Assembly (NCBI RefSeq): GCF_011386835.1
Contig: NC_088803.1
Span: 42,842,001 to 42,906,000 of the forward strand
Length of the DNA stretch: 64,000 bases
Direction: 5' to 3'
Source of the DNA: Chrysemys picta bellii
Taxonomy: Eukaryota
Part shown: positions 49,960 through 62,707 of the stretch, one piece after another
How positions within the stretch are numbered: the stretch's first letter is position 1
Layout of the letters: every line of letters starts with the position of its first letter
The notes under the pieces: model-generated
What the model was told of the DNA's origin: nothing
Databases searched by the model: none
Seen by the model: the letters and a program-made list of their open reading frames with translations, nothing else
Translations under genes and position numbers: made by a program

Positions 49960-51315
49960 GTGTATGATGTCCCCCCCACAACTGCAAGAGACCATGACAT
50001 TTCACTACAAAATTTATCTCAAATAAAATGTTTGGGTCATTATACTACCTTGCCAAATCCTCGGAAGTCAGAATGGATTTATGATATTCCGGTATCACCT
50101 GAAAAAATGGGTTTAAAAAAAGATCCTTCCGGTCGTTCCCTGGAAAAGCAGGTGCTGTATGACATACCGCCAGCCAGATATGGTTCTAGTTTGCAAAATG
50201 TTCCATCAACAAATATCAAAAGCAAATCAGTGAATCCACAAATGTATGATGTCCCACCAACACAGAGAAAATTAACCTTTCCTGATATCCCTCGTTATAA
50301 TGTACCATCCTCATGTGACATGCAACTTTTGCAGCAAAACGGTAACTATCATGTTCCACCAAGCTTTCTGGCTCCAAGGGTTGAGCAGAACTCTGAACCA
50401 AATGTTTATGATACTCCAAAAGTGCTGCCTACTGCTTTACAGCACAGGAAAGGGACTGAAAAAAACAACAGTAGTTTTGGAAACCATACTTACAACATTC
50501 CTCCACAGCTGTCAAAAGATTCCAAATTAGAACAAGACAGGTTATCAGTTTCCAGTGTGGACAGTAGAACCAGTACCCTATCTACATTATCAAGCACTTC
50601 TGCTGAGTCCTCTTCTATGTCATCATCAGAAGAACCTGCAAAAGAAATTGAATTGGAGCTTGACTTAGCCATAGAAGCATTGACCAAGCTGCAGCACAGT
50701 GTATCGAGTTCAGTTGCAAGTCTGATGATTTTTGTAAGCAGTAAGTGGAGATTCCGGGAACACCTGGAGACAAACCTTGAGGAAATCCATAGAGCAATTG
50801 ATCACATAAAAGTATCTTTGGGAGAATTCTTGGACTTTGCTCAAGCCATCAAGGTGAATGCCTCTTGCGTCACTGACAATAACCTTCAAACCAGAATTAA
50901 AACACAACTGAAAATTCTTACAGACTCATTCCAGATCTTGGTAGAAACAAGGGAAGCACTGAATAACTGCAAGTGGTCACTGGAAGTTCTGGTCATTAAG
51001 AAACCTCAGAATAACCCAGATGATCTTGATCGGTTTGTTATGGTAGCCCGCACAATTCCAGATGATATCAAGAGATTTGTATCTATCATCATAGCTAATG
51101 GAAAGCTTCTCTTCAAAAAGAATTGCAAGGAAGAAGAGACCAAGACACCAAAAATTGGTACAGATTATAAAATGGCAAAGCCGATCCCAATACCCAGAAG
51201 AAGAGAACTTGATTCACTCCAAAGAAATACTTTGGATAAACCAAACAAAAACAAAGTCTCTTCTGAGAAATCAAGAGAAAATGTCACTGAAGAATGTGAT
51301 TATGTTCAGTTACAG
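49960..51315 (+). CDS. CASS4: CASS4 exon 5 (YxxP substrate domain and serine-rich four-helix bundle)
   Basis: 1356 nt, tccag/ ... /gtcagt; eight YxxP motifs and PDDLDRFVMVARTIPDDIKRFVS. Confidence 0.97.
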
Positions 51316-52379
51316 GTCAGTGTAACATGATTTGCTGCCAATTTTCTGCTTCATGTTGTTTGCAGGTAAGTTTACTTGCTCTATTTTAACTTTGTTTTAT
51401 CACAAACCTCGCTTTGGTTTATATTCAGTTTCACCTGCTAGCCTGATTGCCTACCTCCAGGCCTTCGGGAGCCACAACCAAGGCAGCCAGTCAAATATAG
51501 AAGGACTAGAGAAGTGGGGCTTGTCCATTCTTAGAGAGCAATTCTTGAACCTCACCACCCAGATGTGCTAAATTTTCAGCCCAGCTTCAAACAATGTGTT
51601 TCTTTAGGGTGCTATTTGTTTCGTGTCAGCATATTTAACGTTAATGGTTATGGCACAATTTTGTATTTTGGGTGCACATCAACTACGGTGCTCAGATGCA
51701 GGAAATGTCAGCTTACGTGTTTGTGATTTGCTAGAAAATGTGGCTTTGAGGTGTAGGGGTAATTTACAAAATGTGGTAAAACATAAACCAAATGGTCTGA
51801 GCAACTTAATCTTATACTGTAGATTACCTGACCTATTTATTAATTTTCCAGGTGCTTGTCAGTTGAGTAATTTTTCCCGAAAGGGAGAAATGCCAGCGAC
51901 TCCAAGAAGCTCACTAGGAACATTGCTCTAGCTCTTGCTTTTACACGGAAGGCACTCAGATACTATGGGCAGCAGTATAAAACCCTGAAAGAGAGAGAGA
52001 GAAAGTATTTAAATCAAATGCCAGGAAATAATATCTCTACTTAAACAATATTGGAAGTTACTCTGGGAACAGAGTATAAAGAACAAGTATCAGACAGTAA
52101 ATGGCTCTGTCATAACTGGAATACTATCATTAGCTGGAAGTAGTTCATTGATAATGGGCCCGATTCTACTACTCCTTTCAGGATCAGCTCCTAAATTCTG
52201 TAATAGAAATTACAGCTGATCAGTTACGCTTCTAACAGCAGGTGCATTGTATACAGTAGCAACATTTTGGCTGCATGTAAGTTTTAAAACAAGGAATTCT
52301 TATGCCACTATCTAAAACAAAACCTGACATAGTATATTGAAACAATATATAAATCATTTAAAGTGTTTTCATTTTTCAG

Positions 52380-52460
52380 AAGTCTCCTGGGTTGGAACAG
52401 GCACAAAAAACCCTTTCAGCGAAAGAGGTGGCAAAGAAGAATGCAGATTTAAAAAGAAAG
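52380..52460 (+). CDS. CASS4: CASS4 exon 6
   Basis: 81 nt, ttttcag/ ... AAG/gtattt; KSPGLEQAQKTLSAKEVAKKNADLKRK, phase 0 to 0. Confidence 0.8.
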
Positions 52461-53258
52461 GTATTTCTGATTTTGAAAATTGTTGCTAGTAAAGGCTTTT
52501 GGTCCCTGAAGTTATATATGGCTTCTACACTTTGTTGACATTTTAAAAAGCTAGAATTTGACTGGAAAAATAAATTTTTATGAAGGGATTCTTTTTTCTT
52601 TTTTTACTGATTTTTTGTCTGGGACCAGTGCTTGGAACAATTTACAAGTCCTGAAAGCATTTGTACTAGTCTAGGGAAGTCCTTCTAATCCTCATGTCAT
52701 GAGATCCTGGAATTTTAAATCATAGCATTATTTACTGTCTTGCCCTTTTCACTTTATTTTGAGTATGGCTGAACCAGCTAATATCTCAAAGGCCATGATA
52801 AGAGATGAAAGCCTTGATTTTCAGATTTCTGATTACCCTCAACTCCCCTGAAGCCAATACCTGGTACAATCAGGCCTAAATGCTTCATAGTATTTGAAAA
52901 CTAGAATTCCAAGTGTTCAGCCTTTTTAAAGCATTGATTTTTAACTCCAACAGTTCCTGTGACATCAGCTACTAAAATAATGTTGTAAGTGAAGTGTGTG
53001 TATGTGGGCAAAAGATAGATTACAATTGGGATCATATCATTTTAAAATCTGATATTTCATGGCCTACCAAAGCTAGAAATAGTGCTTTATAATTACAAAA
53101 GGTCTCCAGGCTGTGACAATTTTGGGGCTGTGGCAAATCAGCTGCAGCGACGAGAAGAATAATTTATTTAATTGAAACTACAGGAGAATACAGGATAAGG
53201 AAACAATTTCTGTGTTACCAAACTGAATATCTTTCTTGTTTTCTTTTCCCTTTTTTAG

Positions 53259-53672
53259 GTTTTCCCACCTTCAAAAAAGCATAATATTCAGAACAACCTG
53301 GACTTGGCAAAGAAAATCACTCTCTCAGAAACCTGTAGACTGTATTTTGGTGCCCTTCACAAGGCCATTAGGGTATTTACCAGTAGTCTTAGCAATAATC
53401 AACCGCCTGAAGTCTTCATAGCACAGAGCAAACTGATCATTATGGTGGGACAAAAGTTGGTAGATTCTCTCTGTCAGGAAACTCAAGAAAAGGATATTCG
53501 GAATGACATCCTCTGCAGCAGCAGCCAGTTTTGTAGCCTGCTGAAGAATTTGGCTGTTGCCACCAAAAATGCTGCAGTGCAGTATCCAAATACAGGTGCC
53601 GTGCAGGAACTTCAAAATCAAGCTGATGAGCTGTCTAAATACACTCAGCAGTTTAGAGCAATGATGGAATGA
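53259..53672 (+). CDS. CASS4: CASS4 last exon (C-terminal FAT-like Cas domain)
   Basis: Acceptor ttttttag/; ...CRLYFGALHKAI...QPPEVFIAQSKLIIMVGQKLVDSL...YPN...FRAMME*. Confidence 0.96.
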   Translation, partial: VFPPSKKHNIQNNLDLAKKITLSETCRLYFGALHKAIRVFTSSLSNNQPPEVFIAQSKLIIMVGQKLVDSLCQETQEKDIRNDILCSSSQFCSLLKNLAVATKNAAVQYPNTGAVQELQNQADELSKYTQQFRAMME

Positions 53673-53881
53673 AGAAGTCTTTCCATTCTTAGAATAGAAT
53701 GGTGAAAACTTTAGGATCTCCCCCTATTTCTGGGTTTTAACCCCTCAACTATGGTATCCTGAGAGCCAAGGAAGACAGGACTCCATAAAGAACCCAAATG
53801 CCAGTATTAAATCAGCCATACCCTGTAGAGGTTGCTGTTGGGCAATGAAAGGTGTACTAAGGCCCTGAGAGCAGGAGACAC

Positions 53882-54170
53882 TAGGAACGTTACACAGGCT
53901 GCGGCAGCAAGCCTTGGCCTCCCAGTCTGGGTTGACAGATTTGGGTTAGTGGGGCATGCTCTGGTGCTCTAAAAACAGATGTATAGACAGCGCTTTGAAG
54001 TGACAGTGAAACTCAACCCCTCCTAGGCTTCAGAGCTTGTGCTCCAGCCCAAGCTGCAATTTCAAAGCGCTGTCTATACACCTATTTTTAGAGTGCTAGT
54101 GAAAGCCAGCTACCCCGAGTCTATCACCCTAGGCTAGGAGGCTGACTCCCACGGGCTGTGTAGAAATGCC
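53882..54170. mobile_element. Harbinger-type MITE in the CASS4 3' UTR
   Basis: Degenerate ends (...ttacacaggc / gctgtgtagaaatgccc); internal inverted repeat gtatagacagcgctttgaa / ttcaaagcgctgtctatac. Confidence 0.6.
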
Positions 54171-54516
54171 CACTATGACCAGGAATAGAATTTGTTCTTT
54201 CCACACAACAGTTTAGAGCACTGTCTGGAAAATGCTGAGTCAACCCTTCCAATCAATCGTCTGAGTGACTTGGCAAAAATTGCCATAGAGCATTGTTATA
54301 CAATTATTTTATTATTTGTCTGATTTCTTATCTTTCCAAACAAAGCAGTTAAATATATTTTTCTATTCTTTTTCACTTGGAAATGTAAGTGTTTTACTGG
54401 TTTTCCTGATAACAGACCAAGATTTAAACTGTGATACATTTTTATGTGAAGCCATCATCATTCTCCCTTTTCCAGGGGATTGTTTACTGTATTTGTTTTA
54501 ATCTACGGATATTTTT

Positions 54517-54522
54517 AATAAA
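54517..54522 (+). terminator. Candidate CASS4 poly(A) signal
   Basis: AATAAA about 850 nt after the stop codon in AT-rich sequence; another lies near 55493. Confidence 0.45.
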
Positions 54523-55947
54523 ATGTCATTTACAGATCTTTCATATTACAATGTTATGAGCACATTATGGAACAAATTCTGGCAGATTATGTGTATATAG
54601 GCCTCAGAAAACCCATACCCAGCACCATAGAGAAAGCTGTGTTCCCCATTCTGGTTCTCATCTAAACCCACGGAGCAACTACTGCTTCACAGGTCTTCCA
54701 TGAAAGAAGCTATAATGGACCATTACAGAATTGGCCTCAAAGTTTAGGGAGCATGGTCAGCATGTTTATGATCACTAAACACACATAAGATCTGTGCAGG
54801 TTGTTCATGCAAAATTAGGGTGAATGTCAAGACAGGAATAATCCGTTTATTGGGTTGCTGCTGGCCAGAATATGGGTGCACAGTAATGCTGCTCTTGCAG
54901 GATACATGTGTGCTCATTTTGAGGACACTTCTGCATAGTTCAGGAATTTGATCCAATGATTTTTGTATGATTTCGCTCTCTCTCTGGGGTTCAGATATTA
55001 TAGTGATGGGGGCCATATAAATACCTAAATAGGTTTTTGTGTGTTGTTTTGTATTTTTTTTTAGCAATTAATTTATTTTTTAAAAAAATATGGCTTAAAT
55101 TTTCAAGTCTTGTCTTCCTTTTGTAGGTACAATTTGTATCTGTATCTTCGGATAATCATGCAGATAGTTTTGCCAGTATTTGCAGTCACAATTCATTTGT
55201 GGATGCAAAAATTTGGGTGCAATTTGTCCCTGTAAAGAAAATTTGGCTGTCTCAGTGTAATGTTCCAACATGCAACAGAATGCATTGCTGAAACAGCTGG
55301 ATTCAGACAGATTTACGATGGAAGTGCAAAGAAAAAATATTTAAGCCGCTCTTTATTTTGAGCACACTGTACATATTTTGGCCTGACCTGATATCTGCAG
55401 AAATTTGTTCTCTGCATTTCCGATGTTTAATTTTGTTCTTCTATTTTCCCTTTTAAATGAGTTTTACAATTTTTGTAGTTCACAAAACATTAATAAATAA
55501 CATATTGATAAAAATATGTTTAATTTATCAATATACCATTGCAAAAATGATGTTGTGCCTAAGTCCTTAACAACTCTCTCACAGACTTAATTGGGCAGGG
55601 CAGGAGATGGGGTACTTGGTTTAGGTATCTCTTTCCAGTTATTTGATGCAAGAAAAGGGAGCGAGAACAGGAACAAGTAGTGATGCGGCTAATTCTATCA
55701 ATTCAGACTAATAGCTGAACCAGTTGTTTGTTCATTTCCCCATATTTTCCTAGCTGTGTTTTCTGAAAGCATTTTAATTTTAGAACCTTCTTATCAAAAC
55801 AAAAAACAAAACCAAAAACAAACAGAAACAAATTCTGCTTTGAATCAGTTTAAACGATGGTATCAGTTAAGTAGGTTTTGTAACTCTGAGCTATAGCTTG
55901 CTGAAGAGCACCTAAGAAACAACCACAAAGAAGTCTAATATAGTATA

Positions 55948-56146
55948 CACCTCTACCTTGATATAACGCTGTCCTCGGGAGCCAAAAAATCTTACTGCGT
56001 TATAGGTGACACTGCGGAATATTGAACTTGCTTTGATCCACCGGAGTGCGCAGCCCCGCCTCTCCCCACCCCCCCCAGAGCACTGCTTTACCGTGTTATA
56101 TCCGAATTCGTGTTATATTGGGTCACATTATATCGGGGTAGAGGTG
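55948..56146. mobile_element. Tc1/mariner-type MITE
   Basis: TA TSD; TIRs cacctctacc / ggtagaggtg. Confidence 0.88.
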
Positions 56147-57363
56147 TATGTATAAATCCAGGGCAGAAGTAGGCCCTTTGATGGGGAAGTTTCAGTAGTA
56201 TTTTCTCTTGAAAGAAACTGAACACTAACATAACTATTACTATTTGTTATTCCTATCAACAAAGAAAGAATGGAAAAGGATACATGTTAAGGTGAGGATT
56301 TTCAAATATAAAATGGGCAAGTAATTTTACTGCACAAAATCCAACAGTAATCATTGGAGGGGTTTTAAAGGAAAATTTCATTGCACTATAAACAGTATTG
56401 CAAGTATCACATTCAGGTACAAGAAGAGTAAATTACTAAAAAACACAAGGGTCTTAATATAATGAAAATGGTTTATTAAAGAGACTGGCCCAGGATTTGG
56501 TAGAAGGATATAGTACCTTTTACTTATAGGCTGCTTGTTTAAATTCAACCTTTCTGTTGCCTCTTTCAGTGGCCTACGTGAAATCTAGTCTTAGTCTAGT
56601 TCTCAGTCGGAGGGTGTCCACATAATGACTGTCATCCTTTTAGAGTCTCAGCACTAAGGACATGGTCTGAATGGACCTTGAAATTTACTGAATGGACGCA
56701 CGAGGAATCGCAATAAACCACAATCCTGCAATCTTAACTTTCGAAAAATTCCCACAGTCAATGGGAATTTTGCCAGAATAAGGGCAGCAAAATTTGACCT
56801 TTTTTTGTGTGTGAAGGTGAAGGAGCTAGAGGAGGTAAAATGAAGTGCATGAGAAGTGTGTATGTGAGAGAGACAGACAGGGAGAGAGAGCAACATCACT
56901 ATTGCTGCTTTGCTTTCACACTGACATAAATCAAGGTCAAAGGTACACAAAAGAGAGACCCTAAAGGCAGTCTGTTCTCAGAGGCTGGCCAATGAAATCT
57001 GAAAAAGGTTCAGAAAAGGGCTCATTTCATTCATGCCTCCAGTGCATGAGTCCATTCTGTTGACCTGTTCTCATGTCTCCAGGCCCAGGGGTTTGTCCCT
57101 GTGTGCCAGGACCCGTCTTTGTGTGTTATCCCTGTGTGCAAATATGCCAATGTCCATCCCCATGTGCCCAGGCCATCCTTGTGTGCCCACATGCCAATGC
57201 CCAGTCCTCTGTGTTTTGTGCCTGTGCTGTCCCTGTGTGCCGACATGCTAGTGTCTGGCCCTTATACCTGTGCCATCTCAGCTTCCCAATATGTCAGTGC
57301 CCACCCCTATGTGCCTGTGCTGTCGTGGTGTGCCTCTATGCTAATGTCCATCCCCATATACCC

Positions 57364-57531
57364 GAGGGTTGCCACCTCTGAGGTACAAAAACCCATGACA
57401 TCCAGGATGGTCCTGACCCCCATAAAAACTGGACAGCTGGCAGTTCATACTGAGGACCCTTACAGATTTCCCAGGACGGCTACCTCAAAAAAGGGATGAT
57501 CTTGGGAAAAACTGGGCAGGTGACAACCCTA
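57364..57531. mobile_element. hAT-type MITE
   Basis: gagggttgccacc ... ggtgacaacccta ends. Confidence 0.7.
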
Positions 57532-57575
57532 TGGTGCCCATGCTGTCCCTGTGTGCCTTCATGCCAGTGCCTGAG

Positions 57576-58397
57576 TGGTCTGAGTTAAACATGGTCTGAG
57601 TTAAACAGGATGAAGTTTAACAAAGAAAAATGCAAAGTGCTCCACTTAGGAAGGAAAAATCAATTTCACACATACAGAATGGGAAAAGACTGTCTAGGTA
57701 GGAGTATGGCAGAAAGGGATCTAGGGGTTATAGTGGACCACAAGCTAAATATGAGTCAACAGTGTGATGCTGTTGCAAAAAAAGCAAACATGATTCTGGG
57801 ATGTATTAACAGGTGTGTTGTGAGCAAGACACGAGAAGTCATTCTTCCGCTCTGCTCTGGTTAGGCCTCAGCTGGAGTATTGTGTCCAGTTCTGGGCGCC
57901 GCATTTTAAAAAAGATGTGGAGAAATTGGAAAGGGTCCAAAGAAGAGCAACAAGAATGATTAAAGGTCTTGAGAACATGACCTATGAAGGAAGGCTGAAA
58001 GAATTGGGTTTGTTTAGTTTGGAAAAGAGAAGACTGAGAGGGGACATGATAGCAGTTTACAGGTATCTAAAAGGGTGTCATAAGGAGGAGGGAGAGAACT
58101 TGTTCACCTTAGCCTCTAAGGATAGAACCAGAAACAATGGGTTTAAACTGCAGCAAGGGAGGTCTAGGTTGGACATTAGTAAAAAGTTCCTAACTGTCAG
58201 GGTGGTTAAACACTGGAACAAATTGCCTAGGGAGGTTGTGGAATCTCCGTCTCTGGAGATATTTAAGAGTAGGTTAGATAAATGTCTATCAGGGATGGTC
58301 TTGACAGTATTTGGTCCTGCCATGCGGGCAGGGGACTGGACTCGATGACCTCTCGAGGTCCCTTCCAGTCCTATAATCTATGAATCTATGAATCTAT
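57576..58397 (+). mobile_element. CR1 LINE, 5'-truncated, young
   Basis: ORF2 C-terminus MKFNKEKCKVLHLG... / [15 protein letters not shown]...; tail ctataatctatgaatctatgaatc; 16-bp tandem duplication at the 5' junction (57576-57607). Confidence 0.95.
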
Positions 58398-58580
58398 CCC
58401 CATATGTTTGTGCCATTCTAGTGTGCCTATATATCAGTTCCCATCCCTGTGTGTCAGTACCTGTCCCTGTGTCCAAGTGCCCATCCCCATGTGCTTGTAC
58501 GTCAGCGCCCATCCCCATGACCCAGGGCCCATCTCCATACGCCTATATGTCAGCGCCCACCCCCATCTGTCAGTGCCCAC

Positions 58581-58703
58581 TCGGGCTGCCAATTTTGGTT
58601 GAGTGTATTCCTGGAGGCTTCGTCACATGACATAATCTGTAATTAAAGATTAATCTTTAATTCCTGGAGACTCCCGGACAATTCTGGAGGGTTGGCAACC
58701 CTA
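58581..58703. mobile_element. hAT-type MITE
   Basis: tcgggctgccaa / ttggcaacccta; TSD gtgcccac / gtgcccat. Confidence 0.8.
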
Positions 58704-58895
58704 GTGCCCATCCCCATGTATCTGTATGTTAGTACCCATCCCTGTGTGTCAGTGCCTATCCCCATGCCCCTGTATATCAGTGTCCATCCCCATGTGCCAA
58801 AGCCAATCCCCATGTGGCTGTGTGTCAGTGCCATTCCTGTGTGCCAGGGCCCAACTCCCTGTACCTGTGCGTGCAGGTTTGGGGTGACATGTGGG

Positions 58896-59020
58896 TAGCG
58901 TGACCAGATGTCCTGATTTTATAGGGACAGTCCTGATTTTTTTGTCTTTTTCCTATATAGGTTCCTATTACCTCCCCCACCCCCGTCCTGATTTTTCACA
59001 CTTGCTGTTCAGTCACCCTA
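58896..59020. mobile_element. hAT-type MITE next to the RTF2 promoter
   Basis: tagcgtgacc / gtcacccta; perfect TSD CATGTGGG. Confidence 0.88.
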
Positions 59021-59149
59021 CATGTGGGGGCCCTGTTGGGCTCTGTGATACAGTGCGTATTTCCCAGGGCCCTAGTGTGGGAGCAGGATGGGCCCTCCCA
59101 CCAGCCACTCAATCCATACTGGGACGGACACTGAGCTCAAGGCCACAGC

Positions 59150-59750
59150 CTCAACCTCCTCCCCTTCCCCCGCCCCTCGGGTGACTGGTTGCTAGGGGAC
59201 CTTAGCAACCCGAGTCCCTGGTGCGTCATCCTCGTGCGCCGGAAGCACTCTTCATCCTACCGGAAGTACGTTTGTTGTGGGAGAGGGGACGACGCGGAAG
59301 TGCAGATTGGAAGGGAACGATGGGTTGCGACGGGGGAACCATCCCCAAGAGACACGAATTAGTGAAAGGGCCTCGTAAGGTCGAGAAGGTAGGAGTGTGC
59401 TCCAGGGAGCCATGGCTGGGGGCGGCTGGCCCGGTCCGCGGGGGAACGGGGGGGGCGGGGATTGCAGCCCCCCCCCGGGAGTGTGGAAAGCCTGGTCACT
59501 GTGGGGGAGCTGGGCCTGCAGTCGTGGTTTGAACAGGAAGCCAGGGGACTCCCCCAGTAAAACAGCGGGAGATCCCCGCTGTAAGCCTGTTAGTGACTCT
59601 TGGAGAAATAGCCCTGAGTCTCGGAGCTGGCGATTGCAAACCCCACTGGAATCTCTTTCTCCCCCTGCAGACCCCCGGGGGGAAATGTGAGGCTGCAGCG
59701 TGTTTTTCCAGGTGGAGGTTGTTCTTTATCTGACACTGACCGAGCGCGGC
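59150..59750 (+). promoter_or_regulatory. CpG island 3, RTF2 promoter
   Basis: CpG-dense; ETS motifs CCGGAAG near 59239 and 59260 and GCGGAAGT near 59294; RFX-like inverted repeat at 59187-59210. Confidence 0.85.
59320..59388 (+). CDS. RTF2: Replication termination factor 2, exon 1
   Basis: MGCDGGTIPKRHELVKGPRKVEK/gtagga, 69 nt. Confidence 0.97.
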
Positions 59751-60755
59751 AGCTTTTTGTGACGGCTTGTTATGGGAATGAAGTTAAACTTCATGCCAGT
59801 TATACGGGCAGAGTGCGCCACTTATTGCACAGCATGGCACTCACCTGCTGTTCACTGCTACATGGTAGTGATAGCCAGCAGTTCAGGAAGATTCAAAAGG
59901 GGTTGTGTGTTTCTATGGGTACATTCTTGGATGCTAGCTATGGTTACATTATGCACTTTTTGTCCAATCGGATGTAAGCCCCCGTGTTTCTGGGGATAAG
60001 CCAACCCACTAGCTGCATGGAGTTAGGAAGAAACTTCCCCTATGGGCAGTTATTCCTCTGAAGACATCCAGTATTGGCTACTCCTGGAGACAGAATAATG
60101 GACAAGATGGATCAATGATCTGATTCAGTATGGCAATGTCTGTATTACACTATGGCACTAAAGGCATTCTGACAGCTAGTTAGATCTCTTCTATTTTTTT
60201 TAATGTATCAAACATGTACAATGTTCTCAATGACTTTATCTGCTCTTGCCTTGAGGGGCAGATCAGAGGAGAGAATCAGTGTGAATGGAAAAAGCTGCAG
60301 GACCTCATGGCCATCCCCAGGAGTGTACACAAACATGGCAAACATTTTGCAATGTATAAAGCACCAAGCAGCTGTTTTAAATCCATCCGTAGTCTCTTCC
60401 TATTTCTCTTGTGGCCCACAATGTGGTTAGCTGAAGTAGTAGTTCACATTTACAGGTTGTAGGCTCAGGCAACAGCCTACCAGCCCAAACTTTGCTTTTC
60501 TGCTCTCGTTTCACTTGCCTTAGCATTGGGTCATACCGACGGGCAGCCACAGCCTTAGGGGAGAAGAGGAACAGGTGGAAAGAGACAAGTGAGCAGAAAA
60601 ACTTGTAACAGATGAGTGAGGGAAAAGAGAGGAGGTGGGGAAAGACAGAGGAATAGAGAACAGATGATAATAGACAAAATATAAGGAACAACATTATCCT
60701 TTTTCAATCCATCCCAAGGAATGGGCTCCAACAAAAAGGTTGGGAACCACTAGAA

Positions 60756-60955
60756 CGGTGGTTTTCAACTTTTTTTTCCATTTTCAGACCCCTCAAAAAT
60801 TCCAAATGGAGGCACGGACCCCTTTGGAAGTCTTAGACAGTCTGTGGACCCAAGGTTAAAACTGCTGTTCTATGATAATGACAACTTTTTGCAGACCCCT
60901 TAGACATAGTCTTCAGACTTCCAACAGGCCGCAGACCACAGGTTGAAAACCATAG
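60756..60955. mobile_element. hAT-type MITE inserted at the end of another hAT MITE
   Basis: cggtggttttcaac / gttgaaaaccatag; TSD cactagaa / tactagaa; preceded by the terminus aaaggttgggaaccact. Confidence 0.75.
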
Positions 60956-61374
60956 TACTAGAAGACACTCCCTCTGCTGTCACTCTTCCCCCCCCCCCAC
61001 CTTCCTAGTTGAGTTTATAATCTAATGCAGTGGTAACACATGCAGTTAGACATTTGTCTGACAGGAGTCCTATTGAAAAAAGTGGGACTACTTGCATGAG
61101 TAAAGGTTAGCAGGATTGGGCTCCAAGTCAGACATAGGCAAAACACTTGTTTCCCATAACACTAAATCAAGGTCTAACCTAGCGAATATGCAGAATCTTC
61201 ACTAAAAGTTTTGAAAAAGCATTTTATCAGGTGAATTTGAGCCCAGAGGGTAGTTGGTTGTCATTTTGTAGGGTGTGGGTGCTGGTTTCAAATGTAAAGG
61301 TTTGAATGATAAATCTGCCAGTGGGAAAAATCCATCTGAAATGAATGATAAACCAGTGTTTTTTCCTCCTTCAG

Positions 61375-61469
61375 GTTGACAAAAATGCAGAATTAGTGGC
61401 ACAGTGGTACTACTGCACACTGAGTCAAGAAGAGCTAAGGAGACCAATTGTAGCCTGTGAGCTGGGCAG
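61375..61469 (+). CDS. RTF2: RTF2 exon 2
   Basis: 95 nt, ttcag/ ... /gtatga; VDKNAELVAQWYYCTLSQEELRRPIVACELG(R). Confidence 0.97.
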
Positions 61470-61557
61470 GTATGATTGTTTATTCTTTAGCTTTCTTGAT
61501 AAAAATACTAATTTTTGAATAAGTCACAGAATTCTGACTACAAATTTTATGTTGTAG

Positions 61558-61651
61558 GCTGTATAACAAAGATGCTATCATTGAATTTTTACTGGATAAG
61601 TCGTCTGATAAATCCCTTGTGCAGGCTGCATCATATATCAGGAGCATTAAG
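61558..61651 (+). CDS. RTF2: RTF2 exon 3 (remaining exons lie beyond the window)
   Basis: 94 nt, ttgtag/ ... AAG/gtaagc; LYNKDAIIEFLLDKSSDKSLVQAASYIRSIK. Confidence 0.97.
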
Positions 61652-62239
61652 GTAAGCGGATGCCAAAGTTTAAATCTGATTCTAAAAGGCAGCCAATTAA
61701 TATCTTAATTTTTCAAATACTGTTCTGGCACTCTTTCCAGTTCAAAATGGAAAGTTTAGCAAATAATTTTGTAAATTCTTATATAGCATGTAAATTTAGC
61801 ATCTCATTTTTAGGCAGTCTGATACTTTGGTAGCAATTGTGTTGGCTTACAATATCGGAGACACTTCTGCTATACTGCAGGCTATCTGTCTTTTTATGAT
61901 ATATTGTATGGGAGGGGAACACATACTTTTAACTAATGGTGACAATCTCAAATTGCTAGGCAGCCAAAGTCTGTACCCAGTCTGTATAAAATAGAGCAGA
62001 TTTCAGTCACTTTCTTCTATACTATGAGGATGCAACCTGTGGAAACTACTTCACCCAGTTGCTGTACTCCATCTTGATCCAAACAGGCATTCGTCCTGTC
62101 CTGAAGTGGAGTATTGCATGCTGTACCGTGTTGTCTTCATAAGCTGCACTTCTTCATTAAACATGAGAGTTACCCATGTCACCTCATAGACTTTAGAGCT
62201 GCATTTGGATCACCCTTTGCTCTGTGAATAGCTCATGAT

Positions 62240-62707
62240 TAAGGCTGTGGGATTGTCACAGAGCTGCCTGGCCATGCCTCCGCCTAAGAGCTGAGCAAGG
62301 GGGATGTCGCTGCTTCCGGGGAGCCCCCCAAGCAAGCGCCGTCCAGAGCCCACCTCACCAGCCCCCTTCTCCCCCCCACACCCAAACTCTGCTGCTGCGG
62401 TGGGGAGAGACGCAGAGCCAGGTAGGGAGCCAGCCGGCCCCGCCAAAATTTCTCCCTCTCTCTCTTCCCTCCCCCCCCCCAACACCAGCGGGATCCCGGG
62501 CTGCATGCCGCTGCCCTCCCCCCCTGCCCACACCATCTGGGCCGCCCTCCCCCAGCACCCGCGGGCCTCCAGGCAGACCCCCAAGTTGTAGTCATGGATA
62601 TTTTTAGTAAAAGTCATGGACAGGTCACGGGCCGTGAATTTTTGTTTACTCCCCGTGACCTGTCTGTGACTTTTACTAAAAATACTTGTGACTGAAACGT
62701 AGCCTTA
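62240..62707. mobile_element. hAT-type non-autonomous element
   Basis: TIR taaggct / agcctta; perfect TSD CTCATGAT; internal long inverted repeat at about 62590-62695. Confidence 0.88.

Larger units (their letters stand above)
57035..58880. repeat. Degenerate minisatellite (gtgcccatccccatgt / gtgtcagtgccc units) interrupted by TEs
   Basis: Recurring units at about 57035-57360, 57532-57570, 58398-58580 and 58704-58880. Confidence 0.75.

Noticed and set aside
57610-58348. ORFs of 84 and 143 aa as host genes
   Set aside because: CR1 ORF2 C-terminal remnants.
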